A program made the position numbers and the translations under genes. A stretch of DNA of 64,000 nucleotides from a virus. Its lineage: Duplodnaviria > Caudoviricetes. The stretch covers positions 33,555-97,554 of IMG/VR virus record IMGVR_UViG_3300006217_000013. One strand, given 5' to 3'. Of this stretch, positions 1 through 9,978 are shown in pieces (position 1 is the first letter of the stretch; the number at the start of each line of letters is the position of its first letter). A model generated the notes under the pieces. The model saw nothing but the letters and a program-made list of their open reading frames with translations, had not been told where the DNA came from and searched no databases.

Positions 1-7
1 AAAGCAA

Positions 8-232
8 ATGAACCTGTGTCCATTCCATAGTATATATGAAGATGGTGTTTATAAAGGTGACACACAAGCTATAAGGTACAAGCAATTTATCAACGGTATC
101 TTGAAAGCAATGCGTTCTGGTGAAGTGGATTATGCCTTTTACATATTTCAGATTTCTGATTTATTGCGGTATGAGCCAAATTTGAAAGCACAATGGTTGC
201 CAAATTCGGAATGTTTTAAAGTAAGTTTATAA
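8..232 (+). CDS. hypothetical phage protein (probably 5'-truncated by the window edge)
   Basis: ORF track; runs from the window start. Confidence 0.5.
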   Translation: MNLCPFHSIYEDGVYKGDTQAIRYKQFINGILKAMRSGEVDYAFYIFQISDLLRYEPNLKAQWLPNSECFKVSL

Positions 233-250
233 AGAAAGAAGTGATACATA

Positions 251-409
251 TTGAAATTTATTGGAAATGAATATGACAACTACTCTCTCTGTAAAGTGGA
301 TTATTCAGACGAAATCACGGAAGATGATGAATTTTCACAGTTTTTCGTAGTAACCGATAATGAAGGCAATGTTATTGGCGAAGATATTGATCAACTTTGT
401 GAAGATTAA
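251..409 (+). CDS. small acidic hypothetical protein (52 aa, TTG start)
   Basis: Manual translation MKFIGNEYDNYSLCKVDY...; SD-like AAGAAGTGA upstream; stop overlaps next ATG. Confidence 0.55.
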   Translation: MKFIGNEYDNYSLCKVDYSDEITEDDEFSQFFVVTDNEGNVIGEDIDQLCED

Positions 410-651
410 TGACGAATATTAATGTAGAGGATAACATAAAGGAGGCTTTTATGAGAAATAAAGAATATATGAAAGATTTGATAATGGATTATCTTCCAGA
501 ATGCCCTTATGGTGATGACTTTAATTGCTGTAATTGTGATAGCATTGAAGAATGTTATCTTAATGCAAACATAAGATGCAATGATGCGTGGGCAGAAAGC
601 ATTAATTATGGCGGATACAGCAATGCTGAAGAATTTTGGGACAATCTATAA
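409..651 (+). CDS. small Cys-rich hypothetical protein
   Basis: ORF track; AAGGAGG SD before ATG at 451 suggests that start. Confidence 0.6.
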   Translation: MTNINVEDNIKEAFMRNKEYMKDLIMDYLPECPYGDDFNCCNCDSIEECYLNANIRCNDAWAESINYGGYSNAEEFWDNL

Positions 652-665
652 GGAGCGTGATTTAG

Positions 666-3266
666 ATTAAGACACAATTATATACAATGCTTAAGTTTCC
701 CTTCTCTGTTATTTTAGACACTAACTATAACGTATTTTTAAGCAAAGATGAGGAATATGATTATCTTATTCAGCAAAGCGATTCTCCCCTAATAAATCAA
801 ATAGAACAGATTAGAGGAAAATTTTCTGAACATATATCTGAAATGATATTGGTAGTAGCAAAGAAAAACCCCAAAAAAGAGGGTAAATTAAAAGAGTTGC
901 TTAGTAATGGATTTACATATAATAACATTCATTATAGTCGTTTTGGCAAATCTGCTTCTCAAGGTAAAACAGGAATAACAGCATTTGTATCAGATAATAT
1001 ATATAATAAATTATATGCCGCAACTCAAATGGATGTTAAAGTTGATGAATGTGTTATTTCCAAATATGAAGCCCAAAGATGCTTGCCTTTTAGTTCTTGT
1101 ACCCTTATTAAAGATTATCTTCCTAATATTGTTATAGTGGATGAATACGAAAAAGTGCTTAAAAATCAATACATTCGCTATGTGGTTAATAGAAAAAAAG
1201 AAATTATAGACAAGGACACTGGCGAAAAGAAAAATGTTTCTGTACGGGAAATTGAAGAAGGATATCATGACATTAAACTATCCCCCTTTGATGGTTGTGG
1301 TTGCCATGAAATCGAATTTGCGAAGAAAATCAGTAATGAATTAGAGTTGGACTATATTGCAGTTGGCAATCAAATTAGACTTCCATTCGTTAAAGGCTAT
1401 TCTGTGTATGTGCCCTTTAGAGAAATATTAAAAGAAATGGGAGTTACTGAAATCCTTGATGTATATGGCGAACTCCATCCTGTGGATACGATTGATTGTA
1501 TCTGGAATACAAGCATGTTTAAGGGTCACAAAATATTTAAAGAAAAATATGGTGATGATGCATGGAAAGCCTATCTTGAAACTTTAAATAAGTATCATTT
1601 TCAACTCGGAATAAGCAAATACAGTCACCATATGAAAGATTTGAATCTGAAATCTCGTATGAACTTTCAATATTTACAATGCCTTGATTTGTGGAATTCA
1701 AAATATATTGATAGTTTCTATGGAGATACAAAGCATGAGAAATATGACATTCTTTCTAAGCATAATCAGGACGTAGTGATTAAAGTCGCACAATATACTA
1801 CAGATTTATTTGAAAGAATTATCAAGGGGGATAAATTTTACACATACAAATTCATGGGCATGAATGATACACAAAATTATTCTGCTGAAAGTAAGTATCT
1901 TGAAGCTGTTTTAATCAATGATGTAATGTTAAAAGATGTTGCAGTTAAGCAATTCATACATAGAAAACTCAAAAAATATATTGCAGAAAGTAAGGTTGGC
2001 AAAATATATGCAGATGGATTTTACCACACTGTTGTTGGAGATATGATAGGTTATTTGGAATATGTTGCAGGGCGAGAGCCTGTGGGGTGTCTTAAAGAAC
2101 ATGAATTTTTTGCTGACACATTGGATAAGGGGCGAGTGTTGTCATTTCGTTCTCCTCTTGTAGACCCTTCAGAGGTCAATTCTGTTGAAATTGTATCAAA
2201 CGATATTACTGACAAATGGTTTTCTCATTTTAAAGACCAAGATGTTTGTATGATAAATATGTATGACCTTTCAGCACCCCAACAAGGCGGAATGGACGAA
2301 GACGGAGATGCTGTGTTTCTATGTAACGACCCTAATATCATTAACACAAAAATAGATAAACCTATAATTATTGATATTGAGGATAAAGCGACAGCAAAAA
2401 CCAAGCCCTATACTAAGGAAAACCTTATTAACTATGAACTCACCACCAGAGATAGTAGGATTGGTGAGATTACAAACTGCGCAACAAGTATACTAAACAA
2501 ATACACAACAAACGAGGACGTTAAAAGGGTTTATGATGATTTAGCTTCTTTATTGAGATTATTTCAAGGTAAAGAAATTGATTCTATTAAAACAGGCATT
2601 AGGTGGCAAATGAACGCTGGATTACGCAAACATTTAAAACAGCTTCCTTGGTTTTTGCTATATAACTATCCAAGCAAACTATCAACATATGAGAAACTGC
2701 GCCGGAAAAATAGAACTATTGAAGACCCTTCCGCAAAAATCAAACTCAACGCATATCGCTCTCCTTCTCCGATGAATGAGTTATGCGATTATATTAACAC
2801 TTGGGAGCGAAAAAAGATTATATGGGATAAATCAGTGGTTAATACCAGTTGTATTATTTTAAATAATGATTTAGAGTTAAATGATAAATCAATTATCAAG
2901 CAGGTGCGTCATATAATAAATGATTTTAGTAAAGAGTTTAAAGATGCTCTTAAAGCCAAGGAAGAACACGAGCAAAGTTTCAATGAGCCTGACATTGTCA
3001 TACAGAAATACAAAAATAAATTAGTTAAATTAATAACAGACGAAGAATTGCTTGCTAATTATGTAATTAAAGCGTCATATTTGAATAATTCAATCAATAA
3101 ACAATTGGCTTGGCTTGGATACGGAGATTATATTATCAAAAACCTGTGTAATAACTCACCAAAAAACAAAATCGTATCAATTACTGAAACACCATACAAA
3201 ACAGACAATGCTTATGAGTATTTAGGAAAATACTATTTATTTGAGGAGCGTGATATCAATATATAA
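666..3266 (+). CDS. yonO: YonO-like single-subunit DNA-dependent RNA polymerase (double-psi beta-barrel, RdRP-related)
   Basis: Catalytic motif GGMDEDGD, upstream RSP motif (LSFRSPL), DGCG motif, ~860 aa, located upstream of an SPbeta-like late cluster; SD AGGAGCGTGA fits an in-frame ATT at 666 (first ATG at 687). Confidence 0.88.
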   Translation: MKTQLYTMLKFPFSVILDTNYNVFLSKDEEYDYLIQQSDSPLINQIEQIRGKFSEHISEMILVVAKKNPKKEGKLKELLSNGFTYNNIHYSRFGKSASQGKTGITAFVSDNIYNKLYAATQMDVKVDECVISKYEAQRCLPFSSCTLIKDYLPNIVIVDEYEKVLKNQYIRYVVNRKKEIIDKDTGEKKNVSVREIEEGYHDIKLSPFDGCGCHEIEFAKKISNELELDYIAVGNQIRLPFVKGYSVYVPFREILKEMGVTEILDVYGELHPVDTIDCIWNTSMFKGHKIFKEKYGDDAWKAYLETLNKYHFQLGISKYSHHMKDLNLKSRMNFQYLQCLDLWNSKYIDSFYGDTKHEKYDILSKHNQDVVIKVAQYTTDLFERIIKGDKFYTYKFMGMNDTQNYSAESKYLEAVLINDVMLKDVAVKQFIHRKLKKYIAESKVGKIYADGFYHTVVGDMIGYLEYVAGREPVGCLKEHEFFADTLDKGRVLSFRSPLVDPSEVNSVEIVSNDITDKWFSHFKDQDVCMINMYDLSAPQQGGMDEDGDAVFLCNDPNIINTKIDKPIIIDIEDKATAKTKPYTKENLINYELTTRDSRIGEITNCATSILNKYTTNEDVKRVYDDLASLLRLFQGKEIDSIKTGIRWQMNAGLRKHLKQLPWFLLYNYPSKLSTYEKLRRKNRTIEDPSAKIKLNAYRSPSPMNELCDYINTWERKKIIWDKSVVNTSCIILNNDLELNDKSIIKQVRHIINDFSKEFKDALKAKEEHEQSFNEPDIVIQKYKNKLVKLITDEELLANYVIKASYLNNSINKQLAWLGYGDYIIKNLCNNSPKNKIVSITETPYKTDNAYEYLGKYYLFEERDINI

Positions 3267-4149
3267 CGTAGATGATAAATATATGTACGAGATACTTGAT
3301 GATTATCAACAAGCGACAGACGACATAATGAAGGATGACATATTTAAAGCTTTTTGCTTTAACATCTGGTCGAGTAAAAATAAACGTAAAATAATAACAA
3401 AATCAATTAAGTTTAACGTTAGAAAGGATTTGTTACAAACAGACTTGGGAAAAGTTTTTGATGTATGGTCTAACGTTGAATATCTCTCATATCGGTCTAT
3501 GAGCAAAGAAAAAGGCTATATAAGCCTAATTAGACAAAAGGTTAATAATATATATACCAATCTTTTTGATGCTCGTATATGTTCAAATAAAGAGTATATG
3601 GACTTAATCAGAATGCCAAAAACATTATATTATCGTTGGATAGATGGTGAATATATGGAAGCCGATGATGTAACTATGCTTATTGATAATGCAATATTCA
3701 AAGCGGAAGAAATCAAGAAAATCTATTCTAAACAAAAAATGCAGCTATCTTGGATGAAGTATAAAAAAGAATGCGAAAAATATTTTAGACGCATGTTTGA
3801 TAATTATATATCCATTGATGATTATGAGGATAAAAGTATAATACATAATCATAGTGACTGTTGGAACGAAGACCATTTCTGTATTTCATATTTTTGTAAA
3901 GGCTTGGATGGGTATTTTAAAAACTACCAAAAGGAATATTACGGTATCAAACATAATGGGAAGAAGTCAGCATCACAATATCTGACGCGATGCAAGGACT
4001 GCGAGGCATTAATCAAAAAGACTGGAAACAAAAAAATGTATTGTGATGCATGCGCAGATAAGAGGCGTAAAAATAGTTGGAAAAAAGCTTCAAAAAAATA
4101 CAAAATGGGAAATCATAAAATAGAAAATGGCGACAAATCGCATAACTAA
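3241..4149 (+). CDS. hypothetical protein with C-terminal Zn finger (CKDC...YCDAC) and basic tail; possible RNAP partner
   Basis: Overlaps the RNAP stop; CxxC pairs. Confidence 0.6.
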   Translation: MRSVISIYNVDDKYMYEILDDYQQATDDIMKDDIFKAFCFNIWSSKNKRKIITKSIKFNVRKDLLQTDLGKVFDVWSNVEYLSYRSMSKEKGYISLIRQKVNNIYTNLFDARICSNKEYMDLIRMPKTLYYRWIDGEYMEADDVTMLIDNAIFKAEEIKKIYSKQKMQLSWMKYKKECEKYFRRMFDNYISIDDYEDKSIIHNHSDCWNEDHFCISYFCKGLDGYFKNYQKEYYGIKHNGKKSASQYLTRCKDCEALIKKTGNKKMYCDACADKRRKNSWKKASKKYKMGNHKIENGDKSHN

Positions 4150-4250
4150 GTCGTATATTAAGGTTTTTGGTGGGTTATCTATCCAGTATAGGAAAGAGAG
4201 AAACATCTTTTACAATAAAACTTTTATTCTATCTTATATTTCAATTCATA

Positions 4251-4470
4251 TCAGCACATCGGCTAAGGGTTCTCCTTGGTCGGTGTGCTGAACCTCACGA
4301 GAGCCAGTATAGCGCTGGCTCTTTTTCTTGTATTGCAAGCGGTAGGTCGGTATCTTCCTGTCCTCATAAGTCAGAGAAACCAAGGTCAGCACTTGGGCTT
4401 GCAACCAATTTCAGTGATATTTTTAAGAGCATTTTCACACTACAAAGAAAATGTACACCCATAGGGTGAA
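4251..4470 (+). ncRNA. candidate structured RNA or leader of the late region
   Basis: 18-bp hairpin 4251-4268/4274-4291 with 3 G.U pairs; 9-bp hairpin 4300-4322; 8-bp helix 4333-4340/4397-4404 enclosing further stems. Confidence 0.45.
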
Positions 4471-4497
4471 TATTCAATTAGAAAGAAGGTTATTTCA

Positions 4498-4695
4498 ATA
4501 AAACCAGTATCACAGAAAGAGCTAAAGGCTCTATTCAACAACAAGATTATAAAGAACACCTGTAACGGCTTTATATCACCTATAAACGGCGGTAAACCTG
4601 TCGGGCACTATCGTACATTAGGCGGGGCTAAAAGGGTGTATATCGAGGATAATTACGCTGATAAAGCAAAAGAATTAGTGGTAAGGGGTGAATAG
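4498..4695 (+). CDS. small basic hypothetical protein (65 aa, ATA start; missing from ORF track)
   Basis: Open frame IKPVSQKELKALF...YIEDNYADKAKELVVRGE*, with SD AGAAGGT upstream. Confidence 0.55.
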   Translation: MKPVSQKELKALFNNKIIKNTCNGFISPINGGKPVGHYRTLGGAKRVYIEDNYADKAKELVVRGE

Positions 4696-4697
4696 TT

Positions 4698-5900
4698 ATT
4701 ACTGAATTACATCGACTTGAAGGCGAAAATGAGGAACAAACCATATGGAGATTAGGACAAGCCAAGGATTCTGGCACATTGGACATGAATTGGGATGGAA
4801 TTGCAAATATTCTCAATAAAGAGTTTAGGGATGAAGATACTCCATATGAGCAATCTGCTTACCGCAAACCTTACCAGCAGGCTAAAAGATTCTACGAAGC
4901 GGGCGTATTTGGCAAATACAGCGACGAAAGTGACTATATACAGGAACTTTGTGAGCAAAAGCAAGAAATCCAAAAAGAAAAGCGTAAACTTTATGATGAA
5001 AGGATTGACTTAAACCGAAGGCTGCGCGAAACCGCACGAATGGAAACAACCGTTGAAAAAATAGAAGATATGCTTAGTCGTATATCCGATAAACGATATA
5101 TAGCCTACTCTCCTGTTTCAACTCAAAGTGGTAATGATATGATTGTTTGCTTATCTGATTTACACATCGGCTCGGAACATTATACATTTGATGGCTGCTA
5201 CAACTCTGAGATAGCAAAAAATAGATTAAATGAATATTTAGCTGAGATTATTGGAATTCAGAGCACTCATAATGCAGAAAATTGTGAAATAATCCTACTC
5301 GGAGATTTGATAAGTGGGTCAATTCATAAGACAATCTCTGTTACAAACAAAGAAAACGTAATAGAACAGGTCAAATTAGCCTGTGAATATATATCAGATT
5401 TTGTTTATACGTTAGGCAAATACTTCAATAAAGTCACGATACATTCTGTTGGAGGTAATCACTCTCGGATTGAAAAAAAAGAAGATGCTTTAATTTCAGA
5501 ACGTTTAGATTTGCTTATTCCATGGTTCATTAAATCTTTGCTCAAGAATTGTGAGAATATTGTGGTTGAGGATGACAATATTGATGATACCTTTACGGTG
5601 TTTTGGGTACGCGATAAACTCTACTTCGGGGTACACGGGGATTACGACCCTATGAATGACACATCTATAGCCAAATTGGCTTTATGGGCTAAAATGACTC
5701 CTTATTGCGTTTTGTGTGGACATAAACATTTCCCCGCGATGACTGATGTATCGGGAATCAAAGTTGTGCAGTCTGGTTCACTTTGCGGTAGTGGTGATGA
5801 GTTTACAAGGCAAAAGAGATTGACGGGGAAACCGTCACAGACCGTATTGGTCGTCGGAGACAAGGGCATTCGTGCTTGTTATCCAATAGAATTATCTTAA
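4698..5900 (+). CDS. calcineurin-like metallophosphoesterase with N-terminal coiled coil (SPbeta YonJ-like)
   Basis: Motifs SDLH, LGD, GNH, HG, GHKH; frame is open back to ATT 4698, preceded by SD AAGGGGTGA. Confidence 0.8.
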   Translation: MTELHRLEGENEEQTIWRLGQAKDSGTLDMNWDGIANILNKEFRDEDTPYEQSAYRKPYQQAKRFYEAGVFGKYSDESDYIQELCEQKQEIQKEKRKLYDERIDLNRRLRETARMETTVEKIEDMLSRISDKRYIAYSPVSTQSGNDMIVCLSDLHIGSEHYTFDGCYNSEIAKNRLNEYLAEIIGIQSTHNAENCEIILLGDLISGSIHKTISVTNKENVIEQVKLACEYISDFVYTLGKYFNKVTIHSVGGNHSRIEKKEDALISERLDLLIPWFIKSLLKNCENIVVEDDNIDDTFTVFWVRDKLYFGVHGDYDPMNDTSIAKLALWAKMTPYCVLCGHKHFPAMTDVSGIKVVQSGSLCGSGDEFTRQKRLTGKPSQTVLVVGDKGIRACYPIELS

Positions 5901-5923
5901 AAAAGGAGATTTTAACATAATTT

Positions 5924-6511
5924 ATGAATAATATAACGAAAATAAAGCCGTTCGCAAATAGCGGCACTTTAGTTGAATATACAACAGATTTGTTTGATGA
6001 GGATAAAATCACATCTGCTGCGTTTCTTGGTTATGGTAATACCATAGCTGAAATACTCGGCGTAATACTTGATAGATATACAACCGATATAGAATGTATC
6101 CAAATGGACGAATTTACATACAATGACCTTTATCGCTTGGTTATTGACGAAGATTTCATTATTTCTGTGGTTCCTATAAAGAAAGACAATGGAGAATATG
6201 TCATGACCAATGTAGATGTGCAGTTCGTCAGCGATGAGGTTCCTGCAAGATATGTACGCCTTGTTGATGATAAAGGATATAAATATCAAGTATTTACATT
6301 GGATAGTGATTTTGAAGAAGAAATAGACGACCTTGAAGATGACTTTGAAGCTGAAACAGAAACCGCAGGGAAAAATAGCGAAGACAACTCTTTTGTAGTC
6401 CCTGTTTCGGTAAATTTTGAGGCTTCTCTTAATGGCAGACCTTATAATAAACTGTCAGATGACGAGAAGCAGTTATTCGATATGATGATTGATTGGGGGT
6501 TCTTCTGGTAA
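5924..6511 (+). CDS. acidic hypothetical phage protein
   Basis: ORF track; SD AAGGAG. Confidence 0.7.
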   Translation: MNNITKIKPFANSGTLVEYTTDLFDEDKITSAAFLGYGNTIAEILGVILDRYTTDIECIQMDEFTYNDLYRLVIDEDFIISVVPIKKDNGEYVMTNVDVQFVSDEVPARYVRLVDDKGYKYQVFTLDSDFEEEIDDLEDDFEAETETAGKNSEDNSFVVPVSVNFEASLNGRPYNKLSDDEKQLFDMMIDWGFFW

Positions 6512-6540
6512 TTCGGTACGAATAATAGATATTTTTACAA

Positions 6541-6577
6541 AGAAAGAGGGTTTAAGCACCCTCTTTCTTCTGTTTTA
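6541..6577 (+). terminator. intrinsic terminator-like hairpin
   Basis: AGAAAGAGGG/CCCTCTTTCT stem followed by a T-rich tail. Confidence 0.6.
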
Positions 6578-6599
6578 TGCTTCTATATGACGAATAATA

Positions 6600-6732
6600 C
6601 AGTGTCCGATGTGTTTGGGAAACATTTATCAGGTCACACCTGACATTGGGCTGATAGAAAATAGAGAGGATAGCAAGGAAGTCATGAGCCTTGTAATAGT
6701 GGTACTCCGTATCCCACTGCCCTCTCCTATTT
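6600..6732 (+). promoter_or_regulatory. structured 5' leader (two multi-stem junctions) of the zinc-ribbon nuclease gene
   Basis: CAGTGTC/GACATTG encloses two stems; AAATAGAGAGG/CCTCTCCTATTT encloses CAAGG/CCTTG and TAGTGG/CCACTG stems. Confidence 0.45.
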
Positions 6733-6767
6733 ACACTTATTGATACGGAGAGAACGGAGATTATAAA

Positions 6768-8205
6768 ATGAAATACTCGAAAGAACAAATTGTTTCTGAT
6801 TTGAGATTTATTTATGATAAATACGGGGAACTAACTTCTCATTCTATCAATATTGCACATAAAGAATACAATACTGTTTCTTTAAGTGTATTTGACAGAA
6901 TAGGTACAAGAGATAAATTATATGAACTTATAGATGTTGAATATAAAGCCAAATCGTTTTATGATTGGTGTGTTGAGAATGAACAAATTGATTTTATTAA
7001 ATCATGGTCATATGATGATAACAGTGCGTCTCCTAAGGACATCTCATTTTCTGAACATAAAGAATATTGGTTCATTTGTGACAAATGTGGGACAAAACGC
7101 AAATATAATATCAATTCTATTACAAATATGAACATTAAATTAAAATGTCCATACTGCAACTCCTTCGAGAAATGGTGTATAGATAATAATCCTGCTTTGT
7201 TGGAACGATTTGATTACGCAAAGAATAGCTTTAAGCCAAGTGAAATATCTCGTGGCAGCAAAAAACTTGTGTATTTAATGTGTGAAAATCAACGACATGA
7301 ATCAACTGCTTATATGGTAAAAAGTATAACCAACGGGCTTATTAACTGCCATTGCTCGAAATGCCACTCTTTGGCACAGTGGGGAATTGATACTTTCGGA
7401 AATGACTTTTTTAGAGAAATATTGGGACTATGAAAAGAATGTCATAAATCCTTATGATCTTTCCTCTTCCAATCACACAAAATATATTTGGATTAAATGT
7501 CAAAACACCAATTATCATGGCTCGTACAAAACAAAGGCTGTTGATTTGACAAGGACAAGCGGGATAATTACTTGCCCATACTGCTACAATACAAGAGTTC
7601 ATAAACTTGATAGTTTAGGGCATTTATATCCAGACATTATTCATCTATGGTCTGATAAAAACACAAAATCGCCATATGAATACAAGCCAAAATCTGGTCA
7701 AAAGGCATGGTTTAAGTGTGGCTGTGGTAAGCATTCTGATACATATAGAACCATTTGCAATGCGCATCATAACGATTTTGAATGTCCAGATTGTGTAAAA
7801 GAAAGGAACGAATCCAAATTAGAAGAATGTGTAAGAAAATACATCAATAATGTATTAGGTTACAAAACCCTTCATGAACATAAATGTACAATCACTGCAA
7901 TAAATCCGAATACAAGAAGACCGTTACCTTATGATAATGAGATTACATCTCTCAAATTAATTATTGAGGTGCATGGCATTCAACATTATGTTATTACTAA
8001 TTTTGCTAATATGGCAGCCAAGTCTTTTGGGACAACCCCTGAATATGAGTTGTCATACTTACAATGGAAAGATTCGTATAAAAAAGATTTTGCTTTAAAA
8101 AGTGGGTACTATTATTTAGAAATTCCCTATTGGGCGGCAAAAAATGATTATTATAAAATAATGATTGATGATAAAATAAAAGAAATTTTAAAGGAAGCGG
8201 CTTGA
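6768..8205 (+). pseudogene. zinc-ribbon-repeat (DUF4379-like) protein with C-terminal Vsr/PD-(D/E)XK-like endonuclease, frameshifted
   Basis: Repeated W-x-Y-x-x-N...W-x-C...CPYC units and LPYDNEI..LIIEVHGIQHY; removing one T from T6 at 7407-7412 fuses ORFs 6768-7433 and 7387-8205 (…GNDFLEKYWDYEKN…). Confidence 0.7.
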
Positions 8206-8248
8206 TGGTCGTTTTCTTTTTTTTGTTTTGTGGGAAGGATGTGAGTAA

Positions 8249-9289
8249 ATGAACGGACAAAATGCAAAAAGGTCGGAAGATATAACAGATGAAATGTGGG
8301 AACAAGTAAACCCTTTTAATAGACAAATGGTAGAGGAATATCTCACCAATCAGACACATCTTGCGCAAAAGAGTTTGGTTGTTTACTCCTCTGCCCTACG
8401 CATATATTTTTGGTGGGTAAAAGAAAATCTCAACAATAAAAATTGTACTGAAATCAAAAAGAAAGAATTTATGCGCTATTTGAATTGGCTTACTAACCGT
8501 GGGATGTCCACATATGCTATTAAATTTAAAAAGTCATCTGTTAGTGCTTTTAACAAGTTTATCGAATCGTTTTACGAGGAAGAGTACCCTACTTTTAGGA
8601 ATTATGTAACGTCTGAGATGTTGGTGGTCGAGACAGGTGAGGTAAGAGAAAAGGTTCCGTTGACACCAGAAGAATATGAGAACTTGTGTGATGAATTAAG
8701 GAATCGTGAAGAATGGCAGAAGTTAGCCTATTTAATGTTTTCTTATAGTACAGGCTGTCGTAGAGCTGAAGCGCAGCAGTTGTTAAAAGAAGCAGTGAAT
8801 TATAAACCAAAACGTAAAATGGTTACTGTTATTGATAAAGATGGCTCAGAAAGACAGATTGAAGCTGTTACATACAAGACGCACGATATTCGTTGTAAAG
8901 GTCGGTCTAAGATAGGTAAGGTCAGAAAATTGCAGTTTGGTACAGATGTTATGGATGTCTTAAAGAAATGGCTTGAAGTCCGTGGAGAAGATGATTGTCC
9001 TTATATGTTTGTTACAAAAACAAAGAACAAACAAACTGGTGAGTATGCTGTACATCAAGTGTCAGACGGTACTTTTAATGACTGGTGTAAAGGGCTTTTT
9101 ACAAATATAGTTGGACGTCGTGTTCATCCACACCTGTTCCGAGAGTCAAGAGCTACAAACATCGTCGTATATGAGCATAAATCTCTTGAAACAGCTCAAA
9201 AATTATTAGGGCATCAAGACCCTACAACCACGGCAAAACATTATGTCATTCGCGAAGATGAAGATGATGCAGACGATGCTTTTGTATAA
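8249..9289 (+). CDS. tyrosine recombinase/integrase family protein
   Basis: TGCRRAE (R), K, HLFR (H-x-x-R), LGH and C-terminal Y (AKHY). Confidence 0.9.
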   Translation: MNGQNAKRSEDITDEMWEQVNPFNRQMVEEYLTNQTHLAQKSLVVYSSALRIYFWWVKENLNNKNCTEIKKKEFMRYLNWLTNRGMSTYAIKFKKSSVSAFNKFIESFYEEEYPTFRNYVTSEMLVVETGEVREKVPLTPEEYENLCDELRNREEWQKLAYLMFSYSTGCRRAEAQQLLKEAVNYKPKRKMVTVIDKDGSERQIEAVTYKTHDIRCKGRSKIGKVRKLQFGTDVMDVLKKWLEVRGEDDCPYMFVTKTKNKQTGEYAVHQVSDGTFNDWCKGLFTNIVGRRVHPHLFRESRATNIVVYEHKSLETAQKLLGHQDPTTTAKHYVIREDEDDADDAFV

Positions 9290-9345
9290 ATATTAATGCG
9301 TGGAGGGGTATTTAACATATATAAATCCAGCCACAATTCAATCTA

Positions 9346-9564
9346 ATGACCAATATAATTTTGAAGGAAGTGAAAAAACGAATGATTCCAAATACATTTT
9401 TAATGGATGAAATGAATCCTGAAAACAAAGGACAAGAAACCGTAGATACCATTGTAGACATCTTAGCATCAAGAAATTATACAATTGCCCAAGTAAGATG
9501 TCTATTCAATAATATCTTACGCCGTTTAGAAATGAATATGCCGATAAGCAATGGAGAAGTTTAA
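9346..9564 (+). CDS. small hypothetical protein
   Basis: ORF track; SD AAGGAAGTGA before ATG 9382. Confidence 0.45.
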   Translation: MTNIILKEVKKRMIPNTFLMDEMNPENKGQETVDTIVDILASRNYTIAQVRCLFNNILRRLEMNMPISNGEV

Positions 9565-9743
9565 AGGCATTCGTTAAATTTGCTGCGATGAACAGCTAAT
9601 GATTGAAAGAAAGCATTTTCGATTTCGGCAAACTGTTCTATGAATGCGTCAGAATCGGAAATTGAAATGCGTAACAGTTGATTTTGTTTTACATATTCCA
9701 TTGCCATTTCGTAAGCAATTTGTTTTCTTTGCTCTATACTCAT
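9561..9743 (-). CDS. small hypothetical protein (moron with its own promoter)
   Basis: SD GGGAGGTG; minus-strand TTGGAC-17-TATAAT at about 9768-9796. Confidence 0.6.
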   Translation of the reverse strand: MSIEQRKQIAYEMAMEYVKQNQLLRISISDSDAFIEQFAEIENAFFQSLAVHRSKFNECL

Positions 9744-9853
9744 ATTAATACACCTCCCTAAGTGTCATTATATCATATATTAGAGCAAAGTCCAAGAATA
9801 TTTAGGATAGAATCCAAATTTTAAGGGAAGGCAATGTTCTTCCCCATTTATAC

Positions 9854-9948
9854 GGAATGTTGGCAGAGTCCAGTTTAATGCGCCTGTTTGCTAAACAGGT
9901 AATCCGTTATATACGGATTCGTGGGAGCGAAGCCCACACATTCCCCCA
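9854..9948 (+). tRNA. tRNA-Ser(GCT) with atypical T-loop
   Basis: Acceptor GGAATGT/ACATTCC; anticodon stem CCTGT/ACAGG with loop TTGCTAA; long variable arm AATCCGT/ACGGATT; T-stem GTGGG/CCCAC; encoded CCA. Confidence 0.8.
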
Positions 9949-9978
9949 TTTATAATTTCAAAGAAAGAAGGTGGCAGT

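Noticed and set aside
4167-4469. ORFs 4167-4469 and 4276-4464
   Set aside because: No SD, atypical composition, and they overlap the structured RNA candidate.
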